This document shows, piece by piece, positions 28,995-39,636 of a DNA stretch of 64,000 nt; position 1 is the first letter of the stretch, and each line of letters starts with the position of its first letter. Source of the DNA: Planctomycetota bacterium (GTDB taxonomy: Bacteria; Planctomycetota; UBA1135; UBA2386); NCBI GenBank assembly GCA_046290465.1, contig JBKAGP010000001.1, positions 1,024,001 to 1,088,000 on the forward strand, in the 5' to 3' direction. The notes below the pieces were generated by a model. The model saw only the letters and a list, made by a program, of their open reading frames with translations, made no database searches and had not been told where the DNA came from. The position numbers and the translations under genes are program-made.

Positions 28995-29969
28995 CTACCG
29001 GTCCTCTAGGATCTCGATCGGGTTGCTGCCAAGCGCAGGCACGAGATCGACCAACGGATAGGGCGCGAGATCCAGATCGAGGCGAACGCGTGGGCCATCG
29101 CGCTTCACGTCGATCGACTGTGCCAACCGACGGTAGACCAGCGTCCACCAGAACGGATCACGGCGACCGCGCTGCTCGATCTCGCCCCAGGTCGTCCCGA
29201 AACCCTCGATCGCCACACCCTCTGGCTCATGCCTGCGCGCCTTCTGCCAACCGATGACGTTCGCGTAGAGGGAGTCTGCCGCATCTGCATCGGGGCAACG
29301 CGCATCGATGACCAGCGAACGCGGCGCGACGCGGAAGCGCACATCGACCTCGGCGCCGGCCGCTCCGATACGCGGGCCGATGCGGCTCGCCTTCGGCAGG
29401 TTCAGCCATATCGGGGCCTCGTCGGTGCCGGCGCGCGCATGCAAGTGCTGGCCCCACGCCCCACGCGGCCCGACGTCGAGGTCTTGCGACCAGACCTCCA
29501 GTGCAGTGTCCGTCACCACGATCTCGCAACCGCACAGCGAACCTTTCACGGCACCCGATTCGTCTCTGCGCGCAACACCGCCGGCGGCCTCGATGCCCTG
29601 CTCGAAGAGCCGCGGCTGGAACCGTCCGCCGAGGTGGACCCACCAGTGCGCGTGCTTCTCGACGCGCGCAGCGAGCAAAGCCAAGTCGACGCGGAAGTTG
29701 CCGAACTGCACCGCGAGTTCGTACGGCAACTGCGCCGGCGTGTCGCCCGACACGAGCCACGCGTGCCTCCTGGCCGGGCTCACGTTGCCGCCGGCGGCGG
29801 CCAGGAGCGAGCTCGACTGGTATCCCATGAACTGCCGCCACGCGGCCAGCAAGGGCGCCGCGCTGTCGAGGCGGGCGCCGTGCACGCCGAGCACGACGTC
29901 GACGTCGTTCGGCAGCAGGTGCTCCACCACCATCAGGGAGCCGGCCTCAAAGCCCGCACGCACTGCCAT
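28995..29969 (-). CDS. Hypothetical protein (start uncertain)
   Basis: Protein-like composition filling the gap between well-supported genes. Confidence 0.5.
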   Translation of the reverse strand: MAVRAGFEAGSLMVVEHLLPNDVDVVLGVHGARLDSAAPLLAAWRQFMGYQSSSLLAAAGGNVSPARRHAWLVSGDTPAQLPYELAVQFGNFRVDLALLAARVEKHAHWWVHLGGRFQPRLFEQGIEAAGGVARRDESGAVKGSLCGCEIVVTDTALEVWSQDLDVGPRGAWGQHLHARAGTDEAPIWLNLPKASRIGPRIGAAGAEVDVRFRVAPRSLVIDARCPDADAADSLYANVIGWQKARRHEPEGVAIEGFGTTWGEIEQRGRRDPFWWTLVYRRLAQSIDVKRDGPRVRLDLDLAPYPLVDLVPALGSNPIEILEDR

Positions 29970-30065
29970 GAGAAGCGCGGTGACGAGCCGGAGAAGGGAG
30001 GCGTCGTCGGGGCTGTGCCTTGCGGCGCGGGTGCGGCGCAGCCGCAAACCGGTAGAGTCTCCGCC

Positions 30066-32501
30066 ATGCGGACCAACTGGCTGCCGATCCTCCTGCTGCT
30101 CGCCACCGCGCTGCACGCCCAGTGTCCCAACCACTGGCAGCAACAGACCGTGCTCGACGACATCGCGGGCTCGGTCTTCGCGGTGCACTACTGGGATCCC
30201 GACGGCGCGGGGCCGGCGCCCGAGTCGATGGTCGTCGCAGGTGCGTTCACGTTCGCCGGCGGCGCAGCAGCCAACAACATCGCCTTGCTCGACCCCGTGT
30301 CGGGTCAGTTCTCTGCGCTCGGCGACGGCACCGACGGGCGCATCTTCTCGCTGAGCACCGCGGCCAACGGGGACCTGATCGCAGCAGGTGAGTTCGCGAT
30401 GGCGGGCGGCACGCTGGCACTGCACGTCGCGCGCTGGAACGGACAGAACTGGAGCGCGATCGGCAACACGCTGCTCGCGCCGGTTGCCAAGGTCGCAGCG
30501 CTCGACAACGGTGATCTGATCGCGACGGGTAGCTTCTTCGGGCTGATCGCGCGCTGGGACGGCTCGAGTTGGCAGAACGTGTCGCTCGGGCTGCCGGGAC
30601 TGACGGGTGCCGGGGCGATCACCCCGCTCGACAACGGCGGCTATGCAGTGGCCGTGCGCAGCGGCTTCGACGGCTACGTCTTCGCCGACGACGGCACCGG
30701 CAGCGGGCCGCAGCAGGTCGGCGGCACGATCGGCGCGAACCTGAGCAACCTGGTCGTCGCGCCCGGCGGGGAGCTGCTGATCACGGGCTTCGACGTGCTC
30801 GGGTCGTTCCCGTTCCAGGACGTCGCGACGTTCGACGGCAACACCTGGGTGCCGTTCCCGGCGCTCGACGCCGGTCCGGACGGCGTCGCAAAGATGGCCA
30901 ACGGGGACCTGCTGTTCCTGGACGTGCGGCTGTCCGGACAGTTCCAGACGAGCGAGCTGGTGCGATGGGACGGCGTGCAGGCGGTCGACCTCAACGCGGG
31001 TCCGGAGTCGCAGCAGATGCAGCAGATCGCGGTCGCCAGCGACGGCCGCATCGCCGCGTTCAACCCGCTCCTCGGCATGCTCGTGTTCGACGGCACGTCG
31101 TGGCAGTCGGTGGTCGCGCGCCGCGGTCCGTCCGGGCCGGTCGAGAAGATGACGTCGTGGAACGGGGACACGGTCGTGGTCGGCGACTTCTTCGCCGTCG
31201 ACAACATTCCGGCACGGCAGGTCGCGCGGCTGGTGGACGGCCAGTGGCAGACGATGGGCGCCGAGGTGATCGGCGGCACGGTGCGCGCAGTCGACGCGAT
31301 CGACGGCGGCGAGCTCTTCCTTGCCGGCAGCTTCGACTCGATCGCGGGCACCCCGACGACCTTCATGGCGCGCTACGACGGCAGCCAGTGGCACGCGTTC
31401 GGCGGCAGCGTCGACAACTGGGTCAACGCCATCGCGGCGACCCCGAGCGGCGAGGCGTTCTTCGGCGGCTACTTCACGTCGGTCGACGGCCAGCTCGCGC
31501 GCCACATCGTGCGATGGGACGGCACGCAGCGCACCGAGGTCGGGGGCGGCGTGGACGGACCGGTGTTCGCGCTCGAGCTGCTGCCCAACGGCGACCTGCT
31601 GGTCGGCGGCGACTTCGACAACGCGGGCGGCCAGCCGATCGCCAACCTCGCGCTGTGGGACGGCCAGCAGTGGTCGGCCGTCGGCAACCCCGACGCGACC
31701 GTGCGAACGATCTTCCGGGCGCCCGGCGGCGAGGTGCTGATCAGCGGCGACTTCCAGACCGTCGGCGGCGTCGCTGCTGCGTGGGTCGCTTCGTGGAACG
31801 GCACGTCCTGGTCGTCCATGAGCAACGGCGAGGTGCTGCCGGTCACGGAGTTCGCAGCGTTGCCCGACGGCGACATCATCGCTGCCGGCACGTTCACGCC
31901 GTCGTCCGGTGGCCCCGCTTCCTACCTCGCGCGCTGGGACGGCAGCGTGTGGTCCGCCCTGCCCGAAGAGATCGACGGGCGGGCATCGAGCGTGCTCTGG
32001 CGACCCGACGGCCGCTTGCTGGTGGGCGGCAACTTCCTGTTCGTCGGCGCTCTGCCGAGTCCGCTGTTTGCGTCGCTCGAGCCTTCGTGCCCGGCACCTG
32101 CCGAAGAATACGGCGCCGGCTGCAATGGCAGCGTCGGCCCGGTGACGCTCACGACGATCGAACGCGCATGGACCGGCGGCTCCCTTCGCGCGGTCGCGGA
32201 CGGCCTGCCGCCGCTGTCGATCTGCCTCGCCGTCTACGGCACCCAGACGGCTGCGCTGCCGTTGCCGACGGTGGCGCCGTTCGGGGCGAGCGGCTGCCAA
32301 CTGCTCAGCACGGCCGACATCTTGATCGACGCGCTGCTGGGCAGCGGCTCGCTGACCACCGCCGTCGCGATCCCGAACTCGGCTTCCCTGGTCGGTGCGC
32401 AGTTCCACCATCAGGTGGCGCCGCTCGAACTGGACGCGAACGGCAGCATCGTCGAGCTGACCAGCAGCAACGGCGTGCGCGCGACGATCGGCAGCTTCTG
32501 A
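30066..32501 (+). CDS. Secreted beta-propeller repeat protein + shared C-terminal domain
   Basis: Signal peptide (..LHA-Q), repeated G.F......IARWDG..W units, C-terminal YGAGC domain. Confidence 0.9.
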   Translation: MRTNWLPILLLLATALHAQCPNHWQQQTVLDDIAGSVFAVHYWDPDGAGPAPESMVVAGAFTFAGGAAANNIALLDPVSGQFSALGDGTDGRIFSLSTAANGDLIAAGEFAMAGGTLALHVARWNGQNWSAIGNTLLAPVAKVAALDNGDLIATGSFFGLIARWDGSSWQNVSLGLPGLTGAGAITPLDNGGYAVAVRSGFDGYVFADDGTGSGPQQVGGTIGANLSNLVVAPGGELLITGFDVLGSFPFQDVATFDGNTWVPFPALDAGPDGVAKMANGDLLFLDVRLSGQFQTSELVRWDGVQAVDLNAGPESQQMQQIAVASDGRIAAFNPLLGMLVFDGTSWQSVVARRGPSGPVEKMTSWNGDTVVVGDFFAVDNIPARQVARLVDGQWQTMGAEVIGGTVRAVDAIDGGELFLAGSFDSIAGTPTTFMARYDGSQWHAFGGSVDNWVNAIAATPSGEAFFGGYFTSVDGQLARHIVRWDGTQRTEVGGGVDGPVFALELLPNGDLLVGGDFDNAGGQPIANLALWDGQQWSAVGNPDATVRTIFRAPGGEVLISGDFQTVGGVAAAWVASWNGTSWSSMSNGEVLPVTEFAALPDGDIIAAGTFTPSSGGPASYLARWDGSVWSALPEEIDGRASSVLWRPDGRLLVGGNFLFVGALPSPLFASLEPSCPAPAEEYGAGCNGSVGPVTLTTIERAWTGGSLRAVADGLPPLSICLAVYGTQTAALPLPTVAPFGASGCQLLSTADILIDALLGSGSLTTAVAIPNSASLVGAQFHHQVAPLELDANGSIVELTSSNGVRATIGSF

Positions 32502-32551
32502 TCGCACGACGCACATCCCTGACAGAGCCCCCTATCGATGCCCCTCTATCG

Positions 32552-34711
32552 ATGACGATGTCGATGCACCACACGCTCCGCGTTCTCACCACCCTCGCCT
32601 GCGCGGTCGCGCTCGCCCACGCACAGGACCACCACCGCGGTTGGGGATCCATGACCGTCGACTCCCGCTGGCACGATCGCACCGACCACGTCGCCGTCGT
32701 CGCGCGCAACAGCCGCACGACCGTGCTGCGCGCCAACGGCACGATCGAGCAGATCGGCTTCGTCGCAAACCCGGTGCCGGCGCCGCCGCCCGGCCTCACG
32801 TTCACGCAGGTCGCCGACTCCGGCACCCAGCTGGTCGCGCTGCGCTCCGACGGGGCCCTGACGACGTCGCCGGCCTCCGCCTACGTGCCGACGCTGCCCG
32901 CCGGCCTGACGTGGACGCAGGTCGACGGCCGGAGCGGGCGCTTCCTCGCGCGCCGCAGCGACGGCGCGCTGGCGTTCTGGAACTCCAATGGCCCACTGTC
33001 GCTGCCACCGGTCGCGCTCGCCCAGCCCGTCGTGCAGGTTGCCGTCGGCGACGGTTTCCAGCTGATCCGCTGGCCGAACGGCTTCGTCATCGGCTGGGGC
33101 ACGATCACCGCACCGCCACCCCTGCCCGGCGAGACCTGGGTCGACATGGCCGCCGGCGGCTCCCACGCGCTTCTCCTGAGTTCTGCTGGCGAGATCTTCG
33201 CGCTCGGCGACAACTCGGTCGGCCAGGGCGACGCGCCGCCGCTGCCAACGGGCATGACCTACACCGACGTCTGGGCGGGCAGCAACCACAGCTTCGCGCT
33301 GCGCTCGGACGGCGCGCTGCTCGGCTTCGGCGACAACGGCTCGGGCCAACTCGACGTGCCGCCCGCAGTCACGGCGACCGGGATCGCCTCGCTGTCGGCG
33401 AGCTCGATGCACACGGCCGCCGTGCTCAACGACGGCCGCATCCTGGCGTGGGGCCGCAACCGCTCCGGGCAGTGCAACATTCCGGCGCTACCGCCGGGCG
33501 CGACCTACGAGTCGTTCGACACCGAGGACGACGTCGTGCTGGCGCTGCGCAGCGACGGGCAGCTGGTGCACTGGGGCGAACGCACCAGCGACGGCCTCGA
33601 CCAGATCCTGCCGCTGCCCGCCGGTCTCACCTACACCGACGTCGCGATCGGCGACCGGCACGTGGTCGCGACGCGCTCGGACGGCTCGGTCGTCGCGTGG
33701 GGCAACAACGCACAGGGGCAGCTCAACGTGCCGGCGCTACCGACCGGCGTGACCTACGACCTGGTGACCGCCGGCGACCACGCGTCGCTCGCGCTGCGCT
33801 CCGACGGCACGATCACGTTCTGGGGCGCCGTCGGCGACCCGCTGACTTCGCCGCCGACGCCGGCCCCGGGCACCCGCTTCGTCGCGGTGAGCGCCGGCAG
33901 AAGGCACGCCGTCGCGCTGCGCGACGACGGCGTCGTGGTCGCCTGGGGCGACAGCTCCGACGGCAAGCTCAACGTGCCGTCCTTGCCCGCAGGGGCCGCC
34001 TACGCGCGCATCGCCTGCGGCCAGGACCACTCGCTCGCGTGGCGCACCGACGGCGAGGTGGTCGCGTGGGGCGCGAACTTCTTCGGGCAGTCGACGGTGC
34101 CGGCGCTGCCGGCCGGCGTGACCTACACGGCGATCAGCGCCGACAAGCTCGGCAGCGCGGCGGTCCGGACCGACGGCATGCTGCGCGTCTGGGGCAACAA
34201 CCAGTTCGGCCAGCTCGACGTGCCGCAGCTCGCCGCCGGCGAGGTCTACGCCGACGTGCTCGCGGGCGACACCTGGATGCTGGGGCGCGTCAGCGCGTTC
34301 GGCAGCTACGCGTCGATCGGCGCGGGCTGCGCGGGCAGCCAGCCGCCGTCCGTCATCGTGCCGTTCGAGAACCCGCGCATCGGCCGCACCCTGGCGCACT
34401 CCGTGCGCGGCCTGCCGGCGAACTTCGCGCTGCTGCTCACGGGCTGGAGCGCGGCGACCTCGTCGCTCGGCCCGCTGCCGCTGCCCACCGACCCGTTGGG
34501 CATGCCGGGCTGCACGCTCTACACCAGCGCCGACGTGCTCGAGCTGGTCTCCGGCACCTCGGGCACGGCGACCTGGACCGCCGCGCTGCCCGCGGTGACG
34601 TCGCTGATCGGACAGTCGTTCCATCAGCAGGCGCTGGTCGTGGACCCCGGCGCCGGCAACGCCCTGCAGGCGGTCCTCTCAAGAGCCTACACGGCGACGA
34701 TCGGCGGCTAG
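32552..34711 (+). CDS. Secreted RCC1/BLIP-II-like repeat protein + shared C-terminal domain
   Basis: Signal peptide (..AHA-Q), ~40-aa repeats ALRSDG....WG.N..GQ..VP.LP.G..Y, C-terminal IGAGC domain. Confidence 0.92.
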   Translation: MTMSMHHTLRVLTTLACAVALAHAQDHHRGWGSMTVDSRWHDRTDHVAVVARNSRTTVLRANGTIEQIGFVANPVPAPPPGLTFTQVADSGTQLVALRSDGALTTSPASAYVPTLPAGLTWTQVDGRSGRFLARRSDGALAFWNSNGPLSLPPVALAQPVVQVAVGDGFQLIRWPNGFVIGWGTITAPPPLPGETWVDMAAGGSHALLLSSAGEIFALGDNSVGQGDAPPLPTGMTYTDVWAGSNHSFALRSDGALLGFGDNGSGQLDVPPAVTATGIASLSASSMHTAAVLNDGRILAWGRNRSGQCNIPALPPGATYESFDTEDDVVLALRSDGQLVHWGERTSDGLDQILPLPAGLTYTDVAIGDRHVVATRSDGSVVAWGNNAQGQLNVPALPTGVTYDLVTAGDHASLALRSDGTITFWGAVGDPLTSPPTPAPGTRFVAVSAGRRHAVALRDDGVVVAWGDSSDGKLNVPSLPAGAAYARIACGQDHSLAWRTDGEVVAWGANFFGQSTVPALPAGVTYTAISADKLGSAAVRTDGMLRVWGNNQFGQLDVPQLAAGEVYADVLAGDTWMLGRVSAFGSYASIGAGCAGSQPPSVIVPFENPRIGRTLAHSVRGLPANFALLLTGWSAATSSLGPLPLPTDPLGMPGCTLYTSADVLELVSGTSGTATWTAALPAVTSLIGQSFHQQALVVDPGAGNALQAVLSRAYTATIGG

Positions 34712-34793
34712 GAGCGCGTCCATGTAGTGGACGCGCTGCCGACCGTGATCGCGGAAGCGGCGTGTACGCGTGCGGACGGGGCTTTGCCCGCTA
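34708..34793 (+). repeat. REP/MITE-like repeat copy 3 (86 bp)
   Basis: Starts on the CTAG stop of the RCC1 gene. Identical to copy 2. Confidence 0.95.
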
Positions 34794-35084
34794 ACTGTGC
34801 AGACGAGGGACGTTGGTCCATCGAGTAGAAGTCGAGCCTTCGGTCTGCCGAGTGACCAAGATCCACGGTCTTCCCAGCTGGCTTGCGAGACCGTTCTGGC
34901 GGCGAGTAGCGCATCTCGACCGCGGAGCGCTGCAGTTGCACACCCGACCACGGAGCATCGGCGCGGGCAGCACCCACCGCGCCCGACCATCCACGGCCCC
35001 GGTCGCGCCCGAGGGGCTTTACGGCCCACACGCGCCCCCTACGCTGCTCCCGTCCACTACCGGACTTCGAAGGAAGAAGAGAAC

Positions 35085-36392
35085 ATGCCCAGCCTGCGTC
35101 CGTTCGCCATCCCTTTGCTCCTCGCGAGCACCGCCATCGCGCAGATCCCAGCCGGCCACTACGTGGTCAGCTCCCTGCGAACCAGCGCCAGCGGCACGGG
35201 CGGCCTGACCATCGTGCACCCGACCGGCGCGGTAGCGCCGCAGCCGATCACCGGCCTGCCGCCCGCACTGGCTGGAGCCGGCAGCGCCAACACGTCCGGC
35301 GCCAACAGCGTTCTCGATGCGAAGGACGGATTCCTGCTCGCCGGCAACCTCTCCAGCACCGGGACGCCCGTCAATCTCTACGAGCTCGTGGTCGTCAATG
35401 GCGTCGTCGTCTTCAGCCAGACCACCAACGTCGGCATCGGCGGCAACCGCGCAGAATCGCCGACCGTCAACCAGATGGCGCTGCTGTCCAACGGCAACGT
35501 CGTGTTCTCGGTCCTCAACATCGACCCGGCTGGCCCACTCGGCGGCCAATCGATCGGCTTGTGGGATCGCAGCACGGCAACGGTGACGGGCATCCCCATT
35601 CCGATGCCGACCGGATGGATCAACGGCCTCACGGTCGACGAGGCCAACAGCACGATCTACTTCGGCATGTGGTCGGCCAACGACATCTACTCGGCGCCGA
35701 TCACGGGCGGCAACCCGACGCTCGTCACCTCGGTGCCCGGCAACTTCTGGAACCTCACGCGCGACCAGGACGGCAACCTGCTCGCCGCCGCCGGTTCGAA
35801 CCTCTATCGCATCGATCCGCAGACGGGCCAGACGCTCGAGACGATCCCGAGCGGCGCCGGCAACCTGCTCGGCATCTCGATCGAACGACCGACCGCCGAT
35901 CCCATCGGCTGCGCCGGCAACAGTGCCGGCGGCCAGGTCGTGCGGCTGCAGGCGAGCGGCGCGCAGACCATCGGCCCGATCACCGGACTGGTCTCGGGCA
36001 TCACGGTGGTCGACAGCGTGCTCGAATACGGCACCGCCACACCCGGGAGCACGGACTACGCGTTCCGCACGTTCCCCGGCGTCGGTGGCCTGCCAGTTGC
36101 CGGCAACGCGAACCACGCCGTCCAGATCGACGCGGCCAACGGCAACACCAACCTCGGCGTCCTGGCGGCGAACTTCGGTTCGGCCTCCCTGCCCCTGCTC
36201 GGCTTCCAACTGCTGGTCGACCCCGCCGGTGCGGTCGCGCTCGGACCGTTCCCTGCCGGCTCGCCGATTCCGTTCGCGCTGCCGCCCGGACTGCCGCAGA
36301 CCAGCGTCTTCCTGCAGTCGATCCACCTCGATGCAGGTGCGCCTCAGGGCTTCGCTGCATCGCGCGGCCTGAACCTCACGACGATCGAGTGA
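35085..36392 (+). CDS. Secreted beta-propeller-like protein + shared C-terminal domain
   Basis: Purine-rich RBS, signal peptide (..AIA-Q), C-terminal YG....G...P..GN...Q......SRGL. Confidence 0.88.
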   Translation: MPSLRPFAIPLLLASTAIAQIPAGHYVVSSLRTSASGTGGLTIVHPTGAVAPQPITGLPPALAGAGSANTSGANSVLDAKDGFLLAGNLSSTGTPVNLYELVVVNGVVVFSQTTNVGIGGNRAESPTVNQMALLSNGNVVFSVLNIDPAGPLGGQSIGLWDRSTATVTGIPIPMPTGWINGLTVDEANSTIYFGMWSANDIYSAPITGGNPTLVTSVPGNFWNLTRDQDGNLLAAAGSNLYRIDPQTGQTLETIPSGAGNLLGISIERPTADPIGCAGNSAGGQVVRLQASGAQTIGPITGLVSGITVVDSVLEYGTATPGSTDYAFRTFPGVGGLPVAGNANHAVQIDAANGNTNLGVLAANFGSASLPLLGFQLLVDPAGAVALGPFPAGSPIPFALPPGLPQTSVFLQSIHLDAGAPQGFAASRGLNLTTIE

Positions 36393-36478
36393 CGGCTCCG
36401 CCCCACCGGCGCACACGGCTGGCAGCTGATCGCCGAGCAGCCCCACGGGCATCGTCGACGGTCGCTATGCTCGCCTCG

Positions 36479-38260
36479 ATGAGGGTCCTGCTGCCATCGC
36501 TCCTGCTGCTCGGCCTGCTCCAGCCGGCGGCCGCACAATCCGAACGCGAACCGTTGCGCGGCACCGCGACGCTCGCCGACGGCACACCATGGGCTGGCGC
36601 GACCGTGCACCTGTTGACGCGCCCGATCGCCAACAGCGAACGCATCGGCAAGCCCGACCAACGAACCGCGACGACCGACGCACGCGGCCGCTTCCGCGCG
36701 TCCCTGTTGGTGGGCCGCTCGTACGTCGCCTGGGCCACCGAAGAACTCGACGGCGGCTCGGTGCGCATCTCGGAGGCCCGCGAACGCGTGCTCGCCGGCC
36801 AGCCGCTGCAGCTGGCCGCGAACTCGGAACGGCGGCCCGTGCGGCTGACGTTCGAAGGCCTCGACGTCTGGCGGCAGCAGGGCCGCGTCTCGGCGTCCTG
36901 CTTCTCGACCACGCTGCCGGTGATCGCCACCACCACCGCGCTCGAGGGCGACGATTGGCGCGTGCCGGTGCTGCCCGGCAGGATCGGCTACCTCGAACTG
37001 CGGTGCGACGGCGTGCCGCTGCTGCCGTGGCCACGGCAGGTGTCGCTGACCCAGGATGGCGCGCGCGCGATCCGGGTGGCGCCCCCGCGCCGCGTGCTGG
37101 TCGAGGTCCTCGACGGCAACGGCGACCCGGTCGCCGACGCCGAACTGGCCCTGGTGACCTCCAACCGCTTCGAGTTGCGCGGCAACGAGGCGCACCTCGG
37201 CCGCACCGATGTCGACGGCCGCGCCGTCGTCACCGTGCCGATGCGCTCGACGCGACCGTTCCGATGGGTCAACTACGGCTTCGGCGTGCGCGCTGCCGAG
37301 CACGCCCCGATCGCCAACCTCTCGCGCGTCGAAGTCGCCACCGATCACGACCCCGACGGCGACGAGCCGGCCATCTCGATCCAGCTGCCAGCCGGCTCGA
37401 CGCATCGCGTGCGGGTGCACCACGACGGCACCCCGCAGCGCGGCGACGTGCTGGTCTCGAGCGAGCCGACCTCGGTCGGCGGCATCGGCCGGTTGAACTT
37501 CCATGCACCGCTGCGCCTGCAGACGACCGATGCAGACGGCCACCTGCGCGTGCTGCGCTGCAGCGACCGCCGCGCGATGCTGCTGCTCGCGACCGAGGAT
37601 CTGCCGAACGGCGCCACCCGAGCGCGCAACGTGCATCCGGTCGCGCTCGCGGGCGTGATCGGGATCGAGGAAGCGCGCGAGGAGCTCGACATCGACCTGG
37701 CCAGGCTGCGTCGCGTGACCGTCGCGGTGACGCGCGAGCAGGTCCCCGTCGACGCAGCGCGACTGGCCGTCGTCATCGGAACGGGCCGCAGCGTGGCATG
37801 CGCCCTGTACGACGTGCTGACCGATCGCACCGGCCGCGTCACCCTGGTGCTGCCACGCGGCCAGGCCCTGCACCTGGTCGCGTGGACCGACCGCGCCGTG
37901 GCACACCTCGCGGAGTTCGACGCCAGTGACGCCGATCACGTGCAGCTCGAGCTGGCATCGGTGCCGCTGCTGCGCGGCACGTTGGCCGGCGTCGACGGCA
38001 AGCCGGTCGCCCACGCCGGCCTGCGCAGCGTGGTCTTCGGCCAGACGGACGACGCCTCCCACATCCTCGGCTGCGCCATGCAACGGGTCGAAGCGACCAC
38101 CGCAGAAGACGGCAGCTTCGTGATGCCGCTGTTCTCCGGCGTGCACTACCTCGGCGTTCGCCGCATCGGCGACAACAGCGGCCCCAGGCTGCACGATGGC
38201 TGGGTCGTCGGCAGCGACGAACCACGCACGCTGCAGCTCGAGATGCCGAAACCGCGGTGA
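36479..38260 (+). CDS. Secreted protein with carboxypeptidase-regulatory-like (prealbumin-fold) repeats
   Basis: Signal peptide (..AAA-Q), repeated DG.P..GA.V....TD..GR motifs. Confidence 0.8.
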   Translation: MRVLLPSLLLLGLLQPAAAQSEREPLRGTATLADGTPWAGATVHLLTRPIANSERIGKPDQRTATTDARGRFRASLLVGRSYVAWATEELDGGSVRISEARERVLAGQPLQLAANSERRPVRLTFEGLDVWRQQGRVSASCFSTTLPVIATTTALEGDDWRVPVLPGRIGYLELRCDGVPLLPWPRQVSLTQDGARAIRVAPPRRVLVEVLDGNGDPVADAELALVTSNRFELRGNEAHLGRTDVDGRAVVTVPMRSTRPFRWVNYGFGVRAAEHAPIANLSRVEVATDHDPDGDEPAISIQLPAGSTHRVRVHHDGTPQRGDVLVSSEPTSVGGIGRLNFHAPLRLQTTDADGHLRVLRCSDRRAMLLLATEDLPNGATRARNVHPVALAGVIGIEEAREELDIDLARLRRVTVAVTREQVPVDAARLAVVIGTGRSVACALYDVLTDRTGRVTLVLPRGQALHLVAWTDRAVAHLAEFDASDADHVQLELASVPLLRGTLAGVDGKPVAHAGLRSVVFGQTDDASHILGCAMQRVEATTAEDGSFVMPLFSGVHYLGVRRIGDNSGPRLHDGWVVGSDEPRTLQLEMPKPR

Positions 38261-38267
38261 GCCGCCG

Positions 38268-38930
38268 TCATTCGACGGCCAGCGAGCCGTGCGCGACCAG
38301 CACGTCGTGCACGACGTCGGCGAAGCGATCGCGCGCGGCGATCAGCTCGAGCACGAACACGACGTCGCCGAGGCGACGCGTGACGACCCGCCCGTAGCGG
38401 TCGCCGCCGTCCGCGGCGTCGCGCCAGCGCACCAACACGTCGCCGTCGACGTCCGCGCCCGAACGCATCGGTCGACTCGACAGCTTCTCGCAGCCGCGCT
38501 GGCTCAGCCAGGCATCGAGCCAGTCCGGCAGCGCCGCCTGCTCCGGCACGGCCTGCACATGCAGGGCGAGCCGCGCTTCGTCGCGGTCGTCTGGCAGCAG
38601 ATCCCAACAGCAGCGACCGACGGCCGCCGCCGGGAGCGGCCGCACTCCGACGCGCAATCGCAGCCGCAGAGGCCAGGACGGCTGCCCCGCGCCGAGCGTG
38701 ATCACCGCCGAGACGAACGCGTAACCGCGCTCGATCTGCTCGGGCGACAGGCCATGCGTGCTCGGGAACGGCAGCATCGGGGCCCGCTGGACGCGGTGCA
38801 GCCAGCCGACCAGCTGCGCATCGTAGCCATCGCCTTCGGGGTCGGTCTCGATGATGACGATCGCCTCGGACAGGTCGATGGGCTCGTCGTCGCTCGACGC
38901 GTCGGGGGCTGGTTCGGGGTCAGGGGGCAT
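38268..38930 (-). CDS. Hypothetical protein
   Basis: ORF convergent with the previous gene, GC3-rich codons. Confidence 0.55.
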   Translation of the reverse strand: MPPDPEPAPDASSDDEPIDLSEAIVIIETDPEGDGYDAQLVGWLHRVQRAPMLPFPSTHGLSPEQIERGYAFVSAVITLGAGQPSWPLRLRLRVGVRPLPAAAVGRCCWDLLPDDRDEARLALHVQAVPEQAALPDWLDAWLSQRGCEKLSSRPMRSGADVDGDVLVRWRDAADGGDRYGRVVTRRLGDVVFVLELIAARDRFADVVHDVLVAHGSLAVE

Positions 38931-39033
38931 CGACGGACTGCGGGCCTCGGCCCGGCCCGAGATTGTGCCATCGAAGCCCGTGTTCCGCTGCCCTTTCGGC
39001 TGATCCGCAACGTTCGCAGCACAGCCGGCGATC

Positions 39034-39324
39034 GTGCCCGGCCCGCAGACGGACGTTGCGATGTATGGCCCGGCCCGCGGTCCGACTGGATCGTGTGAGG
39101 TGGCGCCGGTGCGCGCCGACGGCACGTTCCGCATTCGTGCGCCTGCCGGCGAGAACCGCATCTACCTGCGCGGCCAGCCAGACGGCTACGGCTCCGCGTC
39201 GGAGGTCGTGCGCGTGATCGAGGGCGAACAGGTCCAAGTGGTCTGGAAGCTCGGCAAGCCGAAGATGCGGAAGCGCGCCGCACCGCGCGGCGGCGGCATC
39301 GGCCTCGGCCAGCTGCCCGGGTGA
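39034..39324 (+). pseudogene. 3' remnant of a carboxypeptidase-regulatory-like domain gene
   Basis: ADGTFRI....GENRIYL...V.VIEGEQ resembles the C-terminus of such proteins. No signal peptide or clear RBS. Confidence 0.4.
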
Positions 39325-39636
39325 GCGGCTGCGCGGGTGAGCGGCGGGCCGGCGCAGCCGCCGCGACGCCACCACCGCGCAACCCTGGTGAGGAGTCCGG
39401 GCCCCCGCGGCTTTGCAGGCCGCGTGCCAGCCGATCCCGGGCTTGGTCGGGGTTGGAGCTGCTGACACAAGGCGCGGCACGGCCACGCCTTGCAAGCTCG
39501 TGCCTGCGGTTCGTCGCGGCGATCCCGGCCGCAAAACAGGCAATCGATGTCCAGCGGCTCGCTGTCGAGGCACTGACGGAGGGAGGCGGAACGGGCTGCG
39601 GATGCCCGGGCCGCCGACCATTCCCGAGATCCCCCC

